Part shown: positions 1 to 15,699 of the stretch, in pieces
How positions within the stretch are numbered: the stretch's first letter is position 1
Layout: the number at the start of each line of letters is the position of its first letter
From: Octopus vulgaris
Lineage: Eukaryota
Direction of reading: 5' to 3'
Length of the DNA: 64,000 bases
NCBI GenBank assembly: GCA_951406725.2
Contig: OX597834.1
Span: 16,740,001 to 16,804,000 of the forward strand
Notes under the pieces: generated by a model
What the model was told of the DNA's origin: nothing
The model's input: the letters and a program-made list of their open reading frames with translations, nothing else
Databases searched by the model: none
Translations under genes and position numbers: made by a program

Positions 1-124
1 TATCTTAGACATACGTTCTACTAATTAGTTCGATACCTCACCCATCTGGGTTCAATTCCCACTGGTGACAACATTTATTTTCATTCCTAACTTCAAGACA
101 CATGGTTTAGTGGTTAGGGTGTTC

Positions 125-353
125 GGCGAGCTGGCAGAAACGTTAGCACGCCGGGCGAAATGCTAAGCAGTATTTCGTCTGCCGCTACGTTCTGAGTTCA
201 AATTCCACCAAGGTCGACTTTGCCTTTCATCCTTTCGGGGTCAATTAAATAAGTACCAGTGATGCACTGGGGTCGATATAATCGACTTAATCCATTTGTC
301 TGTCCTTGTTTGTCCCCTCTGTGTGTAGCCCCTTGTGGGCAGTAAAGAAATAG
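125..353 (+). mobile_element. SINE family B (ggcgagctggcagaaacgttagc...gtaaagaaatagg) inserted in another SINE head
   Basis: B-box-like gagttcaaattcc. Target duplication ggttagggtgttcggc at 112-127 and 353-368. Confidence 0.85.
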
Positions 354-949
354 GTTAGGGTGTTCGGCTCAGGATCATAAGGCCGTGAGTTCAATTCCCG
401 GCAGTGCACTATACCTTTGAGCAAGGCTCTTTATTTCACTCTGCTCCAGTCCATTCAACTGGCAAAATGAGTTCTTCATGTAATTCAAAACGACCAGCCT
501 TGCCAAATTTTGTATCATACTGGATCTCACCGAGAACTACATTAAGGTAAACACGTCTATGAAGTGCTCAGCCACCTGCACATTAGTTTCACAAGCAGGC
601 TGTTGGGTTGATCAAATACATCAACTAGAACACCCACCATCAGAACTAACAGAGAACCAGAACAACCTCAAGCGGGCAATGAATAAAGAAAGTACTAATA
701 ATACGAGTTCAATCCAGTCAACTGTACACCTTTGTCAATAAAGTAGGACTTGAGCCAGACCAGTAAAACTAAAATGTTATAGATATAGGTGCAGGTGTGG
801 CTGTGTGGTTAAGAAGTTTACTTCTCAACCACATGGTCCAAGGTTCAGTCCCACTGTGTGGTACTTTGCCAAATGTCTTACTATAGCTCTGGGTCAAACA
901 AACCTTTCTGGGTGGATTTGATAGATGGAAACTTAAAGAAGCCCATCAT

Positions 950-955
950 AAATAT

Positions 956-1038
<83 letters not shown>

Positions 1039-1043
1039 TATAC

Positions 1044-1076
<33 letters not shown>

Positions 1077-1081
1077 TATAC

Positions 1082-1158
<77 letters not shown>

Positions 1159-1361
1159 CACACACACATATATACATATATATATACACACACATATACA
1201 TATATATATATATACACACACATATACATATATATATATATACACACACATATACATATATATATATACACACACACATATACATATATATATATACACA
1301 CACATACATATATATATATACACACACACAAATACATATATATATACATATATATATATAT

Positions 1362-1406
<45 letters not shown>

Positions 1407-1627
1407 TATATATATACACACACACATATACATATATATATACACACACATATATATATATATACACATATACATATATATATATACACATATACATATA
1501 TATACACACATATACATATATATACACACATATACATATATATATATACACACATATACATATATATATATATATACACACACATACATATATATATACA
1601 CATATATATATATATATACACATATAC

Positions 1628-1658
<31 letters not shown>

Positions 1659-1791
1659 TATACATATATATATACACATATACATATATATATATACACA
1701 TATACATATATATACACACATATACATATATATATATACACATATACATATATATACACACATATACATATATATATATACACACATATAC

Positions 1792-1822
<31 letters not shown>

Positions 1823-1940
1823 TATATATATATATACACACACACACATATATATATATACACATATATATGTACACACATATATACATACATACGTACA
1901 TACATACATACATACATACATATGTATACACACACACACA
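950..1940. repeat. Compound (TA)n/(CA)n microsatellite
   Basis: Direct inspection. Confidence 0.97.
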
Positions 1941-4369
1941 ATTATCATGTGACAGTTGTGAATTACTATCACTGTCATACAAGCAGTATCATTCATTTCC
2001 AGTATTCTGCAAAAACATGTCCGGCCATGGGGAAATATTACCTTGCTTGGAAACAAGCAAGGGTTGGTGACAGGAAGGGTATCCAACCACGACAAAAGTC
2101 TGCCTCAATAGATACACTTCAGTCCATTAAGGCATGGAAAAGATGTGATGATGATGATGATGATGACATTCATCATTGTTTCATGTTTTGTGGGGGTGGT
2201 TTTTTGGAAGTTTTTTTTTTACTCATTCTAACAAGCACTAGAAAGCTCTTTAGTATGATGTATTGCACAACACTTTTTGTCACTGCAGCATCTTTTTCTG
2301 TGAAGTACAGCAACATGAGATCCATACACATCACTTCCTCCCATCGCCTCCTCTCTTTTTTTTTTTAAGGTCAACATAAGGGACTTTGTTCTTTTTTTTT
2401 TTTTTTTACCCAGCATGCAACATCCTTTTGTATCACACAGCCTCACATCAGCACAACAGCATCTCCGGCATCAACGCACTTCACATCAACTGATGTCTTT
2501 TCGATGCTCAGGCACTTATGTAGGTCACTTGCACTCTACAAATTGAAAAATCTTGTACGATTTCATAGCACTGTTCCAAAAATATTCCAAAGATTTTCAT
2601 TTTGCTTTGTTCGTTACTAGTTCATTTTAATCTGGCATTTACAAATTGACAGTTCTGCTTCTGTATCTATGCAAATACAGACACACAAACATTCATATTT
2701 AGAAATTGACAGTTCTGCCTCTGTGCATACACACGTACAAGCAATCACATTATATATATATATGTGTATATATATATATATCTAAAGAGAGAGAGAGAGA
2801 TTGGTTTTAAAATACTCCTATTATTCTCTATTTAAATGATTCTGCAAATTTGTAGTGTTTACTATTATAAATATATTGGGCTTCACCAACTAAGATGTCA
2901 TTCTCAGTGTCTAGCCACTGGCCAATAAACCACAGAATTAGAGTGGCACCAGTTTTCAGTCAGTGAAAATTTCTTGGCTGAAATAAGCAGATTATTAACC
3001 CTCTTAATACCGACCCATTTGAGACGTTCTTCTGGTTCTATGTACAAAATTCATCTGAACAGAAACATTAATTTATGTTCTAAGCAATAGATTCATAATG
3101 ACAAAATTATTTTAATAAATTCTTCATTCTTTTTTGAAATTATCTCTCTCTCACTCACACACAAAAACTTTGTAATGCTTCTCCCTACCAAATTCTTCAC
3201 TCACAAGGCACTGGTCAGCCCAGGGCTAAAGTAGATGCTGTGCAGTGGGAGTGAACCCAAAAAACATTGTTGCAAAGCAAATTTCTTAATTACACAGCCT
3301 TAGCGGCACACATACACACACACGATATTTGCATATAAGATGCACTATTTTTCCCAAAATTTGGAAAACATTACCCCAGGCCCTATATGTGAAGTTGGGT
3401 CTCTCTTAAGCTTTAATGCGTAAAAAACTTTTCCTGAATATATGCTGCTGAAATTAGGAGGCATCTGATATGCCTATGTGTGTTTTATACCTTGAAATAT
3501 AGCATGTGTGTGTGTGTGTGTGGTGTGTGTGTGTGTGTGTAATTAATCCAAAAAAAAAGCAAAGGAAAACACAAGAAAAAAATAAGATGAGGACATGGTA
3601 CATGCAAAGTATTAGCAGATGCTCAGGGAAAGAAAGAAACGTTTTATGTTTTGAGCAAAGCTCTTCTTCAGGAAAAAGAGACAGAGGAAAGTCCGAGAGA
3701 AAAGGAAGACGGAGGGAAAAAAAAAATCACCAATGATCCATATGTACGTATGTATGTATATATGTATGTGTAATCTTTTACATGTTTTAGTCATTAGAAT
3801 GTAGCCATGCTAGAGCACTGTCTCAAAGAATTTTTAGTCGAGTGAATTTACCCCAGTATCTTTTTTTTTTAAGCCTGGCACTTATCCTATTAGTCTCTTT
3901 TGCCAAACTAAGTTAATGGGATGTAAACACACTAACACCAGTTGTCAAGTGGTGGTGAGGGACTAACACACACACACACACGAATGTAACACACTTGTTT
4001 CAGTTTCCATCTACCAAATTCAATCACAAGGCTTTGGTTGGCCCAAGGCTACAGTAGATGATACTTGGCTAAGGTGCCATGCAGTGAAACTGAACCCAGG
4101 ACAATGTTATTTAGAAACAAGCTTCTTACCACAAAGCTACATCTGTGCCCATATATATGTATATATACTTTTACACTTTTACTTGTTTGTAATTTTGACT
4201 GTGGCCACGCTGGAGCACCGTCTTTTAGTCAAAGAAATCGCCTCCTGGACTTATTCTTTGTAAGCCTAGTACTTATTCTAACGATCTTTTTTGCCAAAAC
4301 GCTAAGTTATGGGGACATAAACACACCAACATTGGTTGTCAAGCGATGGTGGAGGGACAAACACAAATG

Positions 4370-4410
<41 letters not shown>

Positions 4411-4788
4411 AGGCTTCTTTCAGTTTCCATCAAACAAATCCACTCAAGACTTTGGTTAGCCCGAGGCTATAGAAGGTACCACGCAGTGGAAATGACCCAG
4501 AGCCATGTGGTTCGGAAGCAAGCTTCTTACCACACAGCCACAGCTGCTCCTATATGTATGTGTGTGTGTGTGTATGTGTGTGTACGTACATAAAATAGAA
4601 CTGTTGTTATCGTATCTTCAGCGTAACATGGCAAATAAATAGGTCACATGAATAAGAATGGGGGGGGGGGAAAGGAAATAAAATAAACACCACTCAGCAA
4701 AGAAAAAGTACATGTTAGACAAAGAAATGATTCTCCATGCTAATAAGTTTCTAAAACCATAAATACTTCATACATCAGCACACAACCA

Positions 4789-4827
<39 letters not shown>

Positions 4828-7277
4828 CAGACATGTGATCAGACTCTCTTACATCAGCAGTTAATGTCACACCCAACTGCAAACAATGAGTTCTTCCACC
4901 ACCCACATTGTTTATATATCTGACCCAGTAAATATGAACAAAAGCAAAAATTAAATGAAACATAGGCGCAAGCATGGCCGTGTGGTAAGAAGCCTAACTT
5001 CCCAACCACACAGTTTCAAGTTCAGTCCCACTGCATGGTGCCTTGGGTAAGTGCCTTCTGCAAAAGACTTCTAAGAGGCCAAAGCTTGTGAGTATTTGAA
5101 TTGAATGACACTTGCTTGTATGATAGTGATGTAAGTGTTGGCACAATGCCGGCAACGTGGCAGGAGGGTTAGTTGATTATATCGACCCCAGTACTTCACC
5201 AGTACTTTATTTTATCAAACCCAGAGGGATGAAAGGAAAAGTGGACCTCGACAAGATTTGAAACTAGAATGTGGAGAGCTGGAAGAAATATCGCAAAGTG
5301 CTTTGTTCAATGCTCTAATTATTCTTCCAATCCATTGCCCCCACCATAACAACAACAGCAATAATAATCAGCTGTAAAACACAGAGACAGGTTTGAAGCT
5401 GTTGGAGTACCAAGTGCAAGGTCAAAAGTTCAGTGTGTGTCTGTATGCACACGTAAGAATGTGCATGTCTGAAGGTTACAAAAATCCCTATTTTATAGCC
5501 AGAACAGGCTATTACCCAAATTATACCTCACAAACTGCCAAATGAATCACTATTTTTAGTTATCCAGGAGGCAAGGGGCTACATTTGTTAAACCCATCTG
5601 TTTTCTCCTCACCGCCCACCCACCACCAACAATCTCAGTAGAGAGTGAAAAACAACAGATGCACACACACACACATGCACAAATTGATAAAAGAGATAAA
5701 TAAAAATTTATTTTGCATAACAGAAATAAACCAAAGCAAAAAAAAAAAAAGACAGAAAGCAGCCCCGAAAATCCAATTAAAATAACTGTTTTATAAAAAA
5801 AAAAGAATAGGGAAAGAATCTAACATCTTTGACTCTAGCAATCATAATTTTAAGCTATGGTATTATAGAGTGCAAAAAAAAACTGTTTCTAAACTGGTCA
5901 ATACTGCTAGCATTCATTGGCAGAATAGAAACTATGTAATTAATGTGCCAACATTGCTGTGGATACAGATGCAGGCATGGCTGTGTGGGTAAGACACTTA
6001 TTCAGCAATAATGTGGTCTCGGGTTCAGTCCCACTGTAAGGCATTTTGGAGAAGTGTTTTCTACTATAACCCTGAGTTGATCAATCCCTTGAGTGAATTT
6101 GGCAGGCAAAAACTGTATGGAAGCCCTGTGTATACACATCTGCCAGTTTTCCCTCCTGATGAAGGAAGACAGTATTACAGTAATGCCTCTATGCATCCAT
6201 CTACAGGTTGCATATCCTTGACTTTTTGCACATTCCAACGGCTAATTATGTACATATGTAATCAGATCTATTCAAACACACTGGAGACATGGCAATTAAG
6301 ATGATGAAACATAGGACATAACTGTTGAAAGTATGACAAGGTGACAATGTACTAATTTTGAATTGTAAAATAGACGGAACTATGAAAATTTTATCGTTAA
6401 CATTTAGAATTTTCTTTTGTACACTTTTATTTTTCTATGCAGTTGTTGAGTGACTTTGGTCATCTTTGCTTAAAGGAAACCTATAGGATACAAGAAGTAA
6501 AATTCAGTATAATTTACAAAGGACCAAATACATTTCCTGAAGATGATGCCATAAGAATTAAGATTTGAAAACTGGTCTCCCAAATTATATCCTGAAGTTA
6601 TTTGTGGAGGGGGGGGGGGGAAACTGTCATGGGGGTGATTTCACTGCTACACTGAAAAGGTTGGACAGCTGCATAGGTACTTCTTATACTGCTTTGACAA
6701 ATAAAGTTGGCTAACTAGTCAAGATAATGGGGGTGAATCAAGTACAAGAAGATCCTATTCCATTAACAGCAATGTCAAAGCTGGAGGATTAATAGCGTGA
6801 CTAATTTTAACAACCATTGCATCAACAGTTCGTATTTTGTCAATGCTTTGTGTCCCTTGCAAACAGACTCAACAGTCCGTACATAATAACCAGCTGCAAA
6901 TAGAGTCCACAGGTGGAGTGGTACTGTCTCCTGCTGCATTTTGCATAAAGGTACTGTATAATTAATGAAGATAGCATTATTACATTTTAGACAGAAAGCC
7001 ACACCCATAACCTTTCCAGGGCTTTTTGCACCGGTGAGAGATGAAAAAGGAAATTATGCTCAATTCAGACACCTGTTCTGAATGCTTGCAATGAAGTGCA
7101 TGCTGCTAAATGAACTGAAGGGCCATAATGTTGTATGAAAGATATACAAGGGCCACATGGTTGTATTAAAGGCACACGGGGTCATATGAATGTATGAAAG
7201 GTACACAAGAACCATGTAGTGATGTTAACTCAAGCAACAGAAAGTCTACTACCCATAAACAAAACGTTCCCTTAGAC

Positions 7278-7496
7278 CAGTGGTTTTCAACCAGGGTTCC
7301 ACGGAACCTTAGGGTTCCGCCAGTACAGTCCAGGGGTTCCGCAAGAAGTTACAAAACTGCTAAAATCGGCAGTAATTTTTAATTCTCCTGTGCAGATATG
7401 TGTGCATAATACTATTAAATTATTGCACAGGGGTTCCTCGAGCCAGTGGAATGTTTCCTTGGAGTTCCACTCCAGCAAAAAGTTTGAAAAGCACTG
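7278..7496. mobile_element. hAT-type MITE with perfect 8-bp TSD
   Basis: TIRs cagtggttttcaa / ttgaaaagcactg. TSD ccttagac at 7270-7277 and 7497-7504. Confidence 0.9.
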
Positions 7497-8797
7497 CCTT
7501 AGACAAACTTCTACATGGAGGTCAAACCAAGGCCATAGTAAAAGACACTTGCCTAAGTTATTAAGCAGAAGGAAGAAATCCTAAACCATGAGGTTGAGAA
7601 GAAAACTTCTTAACCAACAACCATACTCGCAGCTGATAGCATGAAATCAGCCAACAAATTAGGTCTCCTGCCCTGACAAAAAAAGAATGTGCACACTGTT
7701 AAAAGCACTTAGGGGCCATAAGGTTATGTGAAAGACACACAAGGGCCACATGATTATATTAAATGTACACCCTGCAAAACAAATAATGAAAAGTACAAGT
7801 TCACTCCTATAGGTGCAGTAGTGGCTGTGTGGTAAATAGCTTGCTTACCAACCACATGGTTCTGAGTGGCACCTTGGGCAAGTGTCTTCCACTATAGCCT
7901 CAGGCTGACCAAAGCCTTGTGAGTGGATTTGGTAAACAGAAACTGAAAGAAGCCCATCGTGTATGTATGTATATGTTTGTGTCTGTGTTTGCCCTCCTAC
8001 AATCGCTTGACAACCAATATTGGTGTGTTTACATTCCTGTTACTTTGCAGTTCGGCAAAAGAGACCGGTAGAATAAGTACTAGGCTTACAAAGAATAAGT
8101 CCTTGGGTCGATTTGTTCGACTAAAGGCGGTGCTCCAACATGGCCACAGTCAAATGACTGAAGCCAGTAAAACAATAAAAGTATTAGTCAGGCTCCTACA
8201 CAGCAACCAATCCAAGGCTCGTGTAGAAGACACTTGTTCAAAATGCTAATCCTCAGCCCAAATCCTGTAATAAATGTAGAACACACGTACCAGGAAGCTA
8301 CTACAGTTCAGCCTTTCTCATTCGTTTTATTGCTTGTTTTTTTGTCATAGTGCCCTAATGCCTATCATAAGATAATAAAAACGAAATTCAAGATATGTTT
8401 TATAACCAAAACATTGTTCCATAGTCATTAATCAGCCCTAGTTAGACAGACTGTAACAGATTACAGTACAGATAATCGTTTAACCAAATAGTTAACTACT
8501 AACTCAACAGAAAGTTGCTTTTGTTTCTGTTTTTATCTTGCATCTAAAAATTGTGTCAACCTTTTGTAGTACAAATGCCTACTCATACACATATATATAC
8601 AATACAGTCACTGGAGTATTTCCTCTGCTACCGCCACCTTATATTTATTTGTATTTGAATAAGGCAAATAATATGGTGGGAGAAGCAGTGGCAGTAGCAA
8701 ATCTTAATTGTGAGAAGTTATTTGCTCTTTTCACATGAAAAGGAAGATTATGGAATGACTAGACTGCTCAGTGTAATCACAGTAGCAAATAATATAA

Positions 8798-9190
8798 GGC
8801 GGCGAGCTGGCACAGGAACGTTAGCATGCTGGGCGAAATTCTTAGCGGTATTTCGTCTGCCGCTACGTTCTGAGTTCAAATTCCACCGAGGTCGACTTTG
8901 CCTTTCATCCTTTCGGGGTCAATTAAATAAGTACCAGTTACGCACTGGGGTCGATATAATCGACTTAATTCGTTTGTCTGTCCTTGTTTGTCCTCACTGT
9001 GTTTAGCTCTTTGTGGGTAGTAAAGAAATAGGTATTTTTCCTGTTGCTACGTTCTGAGTTCAAATTCCGCCGAGGTTGACTTTGCCTTTCATCCTTCGGG
9101 GTCGATAAATTAAGTACCAGTTGAGTACTGGGGTCGATCTAATCGACTAGTCCCCCTCCCCCAAATTTCAGGTCTTGTGCCTGTAGTAGT
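8798..9190 (+). mobile_element. SINE family B, head-to-tail dimer
   Basis: A full copy followed by a second body starting at ggtattt. Confidence 0.8.
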
Positions 9191-10349
9191 AAGGAAATAA
9201 TAATAATGATAATAATTGTTTCAAATTTTGCCACAAGGGCAGTAATTTGGGGGGGAGGGGGAGTTGATTACATTGACTATTGTCTTCAACTGGTACTTAT
9301 TTTATCAACCGCAAAAGGATGAAAGGCAAAGTCAACTTCGGTGGAATGTGAACTTGGAACAGAGCGTTTCATCCAGCGTGCTATTGATTCTGCCAGCTCT
9401 AGGTTGATCAATGACTTCTGAGATTGGTACACAAACTATATGGAAACTACGTGTGCGTGTGTGTGTGTGTGTGTGTACCCCACACCACTTGACAAGCAAT
9501 GTTGGTTTGTTTATATCCCCATAACTAAGCAGTTTGACGTAAGAAACCTAAAGACTAAGTACTAGACTTAACAAAAAATGAAGAGTACTAGGGGTGATTT
9601 GTTTGACTAAACCTTTCAAAACAGTGCTCCAACATTGTTGCATTCCAATGACTAACAAATAAAAGATAAAAGGAGGGGTGTTGTGTGTGTGTGTGTGTTT
9701 ATGTCGTGTCCCTTTGTCCTGTAACCTAGCAATTAACAAATAGAGATTGATAAAATAATTGGCAGACTGAAGCTGCTTGGTGGGGTTGATATTATTGACT
9801 AAGCACTTGAAAGCGATGCTCCAGTATGGCCACAGTCGGATGACCGACCCCCCCCCCAGTGAAAGAATGACAATACATTTGAATGACATGCCAACGAATC
9901 CAGTGAAAGAGCAACAGCCATTGTCAGCAGTGATGGAACGTATAGCAGGAATCAATGATGGAATTATCGTTGTGTCATCATAACCTGTGACCCAAGAGAT
10001 ATGCAGTTGTTGCCAGTCCAATCATGATTCATGTCTTGCAAGAGATTTCTACTGCACACTCTTGACGCATTGTTATACATTCCATATGGATTTCTAACAG
10101 TCACAGGAGTGACTATTTTCTTCGTCTTCTTTATTTACAACCCCTGTTTCAGCCCCTTCCTTACAGTAATACAAAGCGGAACAAATTGCTGAACACCATC
10201 AATGCTTTAGTATTCAGATCCCTGCCAAACGTAGACTGGCAATCTGTCAGTTACAGCGATGGGTTTCAATTGATCTGATCAATGGAACAGCCCGCTCATG
10301 AAATTAACATGCAAGTGGCTGAGCACTCCACAAACATGTGTACCCTTGT

Positions 10350-10768
10350 ACCTATTTCTTTACTACCCACAAGGGGCTAAACACAGAGAGGGCAAACAAG
10401 GACAGACAAACGGATTAAGTCGATTATATCGACCCCAGTGCGTAACTGGTACTTATTTAATCGAACCTGAAAGTACGAAAGGCAAAGTCGACCTTGGCGG
10501 AATTTGAACCCAGAACGTAGCAGCAGACGAGATACCTATTTCTTTACTACCCACAAGGGGCTAAACACAGAGAGGACAAACAAGGACAGACAAACGGATT
10601 AAGTCGATTATATCAACCCCAGTGCGTAACTGGTACTTATTTAATCGACCCTGAAAGGATGAAAGGCAAAGTCGACCTTGGTGGAATTTGAACTCAGAAC
10701 GTAGCAGCAGACGAAATACCGCTAAGCATTTCACCCGGCCTGCTAACGATTCTGCCAGCTCGCCACCT
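10350..10768 (-). mobile_element. SINE family B dimer
   Basis: Two tandem reverse-complement bodies. Confidence 0.8.
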
Positions 10769-10858
10769 TCATGTGTACCCTTGTACCCTTAATGTAGTTC
10801 TCAGGAAGATTCAGCAGGACACAGATTGCAACAAGACTGGCCCTTTGATATACAAGTA

Positions 10859-10898
<40 letters not shown>

Positions 10899-12757
10899 TA
10901 CATAGAATTATATGTAATGGTAAAATTCAAGGATCCAGGTGTAGGAAGTTAGTAAGCTTCAAGCAGTCCATAGAAGGTATAAAAAATTACTATTTACGAG
11001 GTTCTGCTAGCTAAGAAACCTATGTAGCCTGAATTTTACCTACTCCACTCCCTAAATTTGGATGGATGGATGGACGGACGCACACACAGATACATACATA
11101 CATACATTCTGGGTTTCATTCAGTTTCTGTCTATCAAGTCCACACTCAAGATTTTGGCTGGCCCAGGGCTATAGTAGAAGACACTTTCCAAAGGTAGGAT
11201 TGAACCTGGAATCATGTGATTGGAAAAATAAACCTCTTAACACAAACAGCCACTCATATTTATTAGAGGCAAACTAGCAGAATCATTAGCCCACCAAGCA
11301 AAATGCTTAGAAGCATTTCATCCATCTGTACGTTCTGAGTTCAAATTCTGCCAAGGTAGACCTTTGCCCTTAATCTCTTTCAGTGTTGATTAAAAATAAG
11401 TACCAGTTGAGAACCTTCTCCCAATATTTCAAGCCCTGTGCTTATAGTAAAAAGGGTAATCCATAAGAAGTGTGGGAGGGAGAGGCCTTATTGTCATGGA
11501 CCTTGTGATACAGAACAACCATCGAGAGATTTTTAACAATGCAAACTGAACTTCTAAAACTACAAACTGTTCTATCATCAACATGCTACAATCGACACCG
11601 GTGACACAATATAGGCTGAATGTAATCTATGCATCGTTAAATTTTTTAAAAAAATTTTGTTAGCATTTATAATTAGAATACAAAGATCAAAAGACAGTTT
11701 CTAACTTATAAATAGACTGACAGTCTGCTGGCAACCTCAGGCAGCTGTTGGAACAGTAAACTATTTATGGAAGTTAGATAAGTACCGCCTTCATTTCATG
11801 TCTATAAAAATTCCTTGTTCAAAAAAAATCAATGCAAATATTTCATTTTAAGAAGGAAAAAAAAAATTACAAATCTATGGAAAATAAAAAACAAAAAAAA
11901 ATTCCATATAAAATGCAAATTTTTTTTTTTTTCTTGTTTTACAGGTTTCAGTCATTTGACTATGGCCATGCTGGGGCACTGCCTTCAAAGGTTTTAGTTG
12001 ATTACAGTGACTTCCCTCTTCCTTCCCCAGTGCTTTGTCTGATGTTTATTTTATTGACCCCATGAGATGAAATGGTGAAGCTGAACATAAACGGAATGGT
12101 GTAAACAGTGAGATTGAATCCAAAATCACATCACTGGAACTACCATCACTTAACTACCTCACCAGCGCACACATGTACACACACACACACACACACAATT
12201 TTATTTCTGCATTTGTTTCCGCCAAGTGGCTGTGGTCATGCTGGAGCTTCATACAGTTATGTGTGTGTACCTTTTGACATCATGTGATGGCTGTAGATGA
12301 GTATCACCCTTAAACAAGGTAGTACTGCTTATTTTCAGTCTTCCATGAAAACACATGTCTGGCAACCAGGAAATGTTACTTTACTTGGAAATAAATGAGG
12401 GTTGGCAATAGGAAAGGCATCTAGCTGTAGAAAATCTGCCTCATCAAATTTTGTCTGACCCATGCGAGTATGGAAAAAGTGAACGGTAAATGATGGCTTA
12501 TGATTTTAGTCAACATATTCCCCTCTCAGATTCACATACTTATTGCAAGGACCCATCAGTTTTTCTAAGTCCTGTAAATGAACTTGGAAGGTGGCGCCTC
12601 CAGCCAGGCTTTTTGAGATATCCTTAAAGCCAGGAGCTTTCCAGCACCCTTTCGTTTATATACATTTGTCTGAGGAGGTGTCTGGTCATGATTATGTATG
12701 CTACATTTATGAGGTGCATCTTTGGATTACATTTTACTGAATGAACTAACACCACTA

Positions 12758-13100
12758 CATCATCATCATCGTTTAACGTCCGTTTTCCATGCTAGCATGG
12801 GTTGGACGGTTCAACTGGGGTCTGGGAAGCCAGAAGGCTGCGCCAGGCCCAGTCTGATCTGGCAGTGTTTCTACAGCTGGATGCCCTTCCTAACGCCAAC
12901 CACTCTGTGAGTGTAGTGGGTGCTTTTTACGTGCCACCTGCACAGGTGCCAGGCAAGGCTGGCAAACGGCCACGATCGGATGGTGCTTTTTACGTGCCAC
13001 CAGCACGGGGCCAGATGAGGCTGGCAATGGCCACAATCGGATGGTGCATTTTACGTGCCACCGGCACGGAGGCCAGTCGGGGCGGCACTGGCAACGGCCA
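12758..13100 (-). mobile_element. RTE LINE 3' UTR fragment
   Basis: (cat)n tail, gtttaacgtccgttttccatgctagcatggg and internal tttacgtgccacc repeats. Confidence 0.8.
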
Positions 13101-14801
13101 ATTTTTTTTAAAGCCTATTACTTATTCAAACTTATACCAAACTGCTAAGTTACATGGATGTAAACACACCAACACTGGTTGTCAACCAGTGATGGTGGTG
13201 GTGGTGGTGGTGGTTGGAACAAACACAAACACACAGTCTTCATTCTGTTTCCGTCTACCAAATCCATTACAAAGCTACATCTGTGGCATATATCTCTGTC
13301 TTCCACACACACAGGTCCTTTCAAGTGCCAGTGCTACTTAAAAAGCACCCAAGCCGATATTGCATAAATGCACTTATGCCAGTGGCACATAAAAAGCACC
13401 CAGCACAGAACAGTATAGCTGATGAAACTAATGTGAAGTACGTCCACTAACATAAATTCATACTATCGAGACAGATATCTCATGTTAGTGCATATTCTGC
13501 CACAAGTGAAGATAGCAGGAAATGATTTTATATATATGTGTGTGTGTGTGTGTGTGTATGAATATATTACTCATAGCTTTCAAAGTAAACAAGCTAAGGA
13601 AGCTAAAATGCTAAAAGTTATCTAATGGATAAACTAGATCATACCTGCTCGAGTACAGAATTTTGAGAAGCACAGGAAGATTCCACCTCAATGAACAATG
13701 AGCTAAGAATTTATCATGATAATATTTCATTCCACAGAGTGCAATTTCTTGCTATATTACACTGCCAAAGAAAATTAAGCAACTCCACCACCACTCTTTC
13801 TCTCTCTCTGTCTCTCTCTCATAAGTTTTTGTTATCTGCTCCTAATAACAGCACTGCATCTATCAGAATATTTAGCACCATATATAAATGACAGATTAGG
13901 TTTGGCTGGTTGCAGAAAGTTCTATTGTTTATGAGATGAGAGAGCAAAAAGTAAAAACAGAATAAAAGAAGAAAGCTACATCCATCAAAGACATGCAGAT
14001 GTGGAACTGATCCATCCATTGTTCATTAATAATTCATAATTCATCTGACGAAGCACAATTTGGAGAAAAATACCTTCAAGTTACTCTAAATTGACTCTCT
14101 ATAAAGGAATTCTAAAGTATTCCATATGACTATATATACATATATATATGTGTGTGTGTATACACACACATTCTAAGAACATACCTATATATACATGTGT
14201 ATTCTTTTATTCTTTAATTTGTTTCAGTAATCTGACTGTGGCCATGCTGGAGCACCACCTTCAAGGGTTGTTTAGACAAAGAAATCAACCCCAGGACTTA
14301 TTCTATGTAAACTAATATTTATTCTATCAGTCCCTTTTGCCAAACAACTAAGTTACGGAGACATAAACACATCAACATCGATTGTCAAGCAATGGTGGGA
14401 GGGGCATACAGTCACAAAAACATACACATAAATACACACACACACGTGTGTTTGTATGACAGGCTTCTTTCAGTTTCCATACCAAATGCACTCACAAGGC
14501 TTTGGTCAACCTGAAGCTATAGAAGAAGACACTTGCCCAGGATGCCATGCAGTGGGACTGAACCCAAAAGCAGGTGGTTGAGAAGCAAGTTTCTTACCAC
14601 ACAGCCACGCCTGCACCTATATAGGTTTCAAATGTTGGCACAGATGCACACACATATATACATACATGATGGGTTTCTCACAGTTTCGATCTACCAAATT
14701 CTATCAGAAGGAATTGGACAACTTGGGACTATAGAAGATACTTTCCCAAGGCTATGTGCAGTGGGACTAAACCTGGAATCATGTGGTTGGGAAGCAAGCT
14801 T

Positions 14802-15216
14802 CTTATTTCTTTATTGCCCACAAGGGGCTAAACATAGAGGGGACAAACAAGGACAGACAAAGGGGTTAAATCGATTACATCGACCCCAGTGCATAACTGG
14901 TACTTAATTTATCGACCCCAAAAGGATGAAAGGCAAAGTTGACCTCAGCGGAATTTGAACTCAGAACATAATGGCAGACGAAATACCTATTTCTTTACTA
15001 CCCACAAGGGACTAAACACAGAGAGGACAGACAGACAAGGACAGACAAACAGATTAAGTCAATTATATCGACCCCAGTGTGTGACTGGTATTTAATTTAT
15101 CGACCCCGAAAGGATGAAAGGCAAAGTCGACCTCGGTGGAATTTGAACTCAGAACATAGTGGCAGACGAAATACCGCTAAGCATTTCGCATGGTGTGCTA
15201 ACATTTCTGCCAGCTC
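14802..15216 (-). mobile_element. SINE family B dimer
   Basis: Two tandem reverse-complement bodies. Confidence 0.8.
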
Positions 15217-15260
15217 ACGTGGTTGTGTGGTAAGAAGCAAGCTTCTTACCACGCCTGCAC

Positions 15261-15293
<33 letters not shown>

Positions 15294-15643
15294 CACACAC
15301 AAACATAGACACATAGAAACAATCATATCTGAAAGTGGTAGTTTGCCAAGTGTCACAATCTGAAACTGTACGTGTGGGGGCGGACAAAAACAAAACTTTA
15401 TCATGATATCCATTTGAAAGATTTTCCTATAGCTTTAATATTTGGTAAAGTGTATTATTATATTACTGCACTGCAGTGGAATGGTGCCAATTATCAGGTC
15501 AGAGATGTAGGACATTCCTTGTCACTTTGAAGAATACTATTACAAAATAAACTGCATGTTAATGTAGTGTGTGCGCTTGTGTTTTAAATAACTATGCAAC
15601 TGTACATGTATATATGTCTCCTCTCTCTCTCTCTCTCATATAC

Positions 15644-15699
<56 letters not shown>

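Noticed and set aside
858-2095. Long ORFs of H/T/I/Y/C/V/M (also at 23.3-24.2, 35.3-39.6 and 53.8-54.3 kb)
   Set aside because: Translations of TA/CA/TG microsatellites, which lack stop codons. Not genes.
6536-7100. Possible hammerhead (ctgaaga...gaaaactggtc) and coding-like stretch
   Set aside because: Stem II cannot be formed and the frames contain stops. Too degenerate to call.
14044-14075. CTGACGA...GAAA in the duplicated segment
   Set aside because: No stem II and no cleavage triplet. A chance match.
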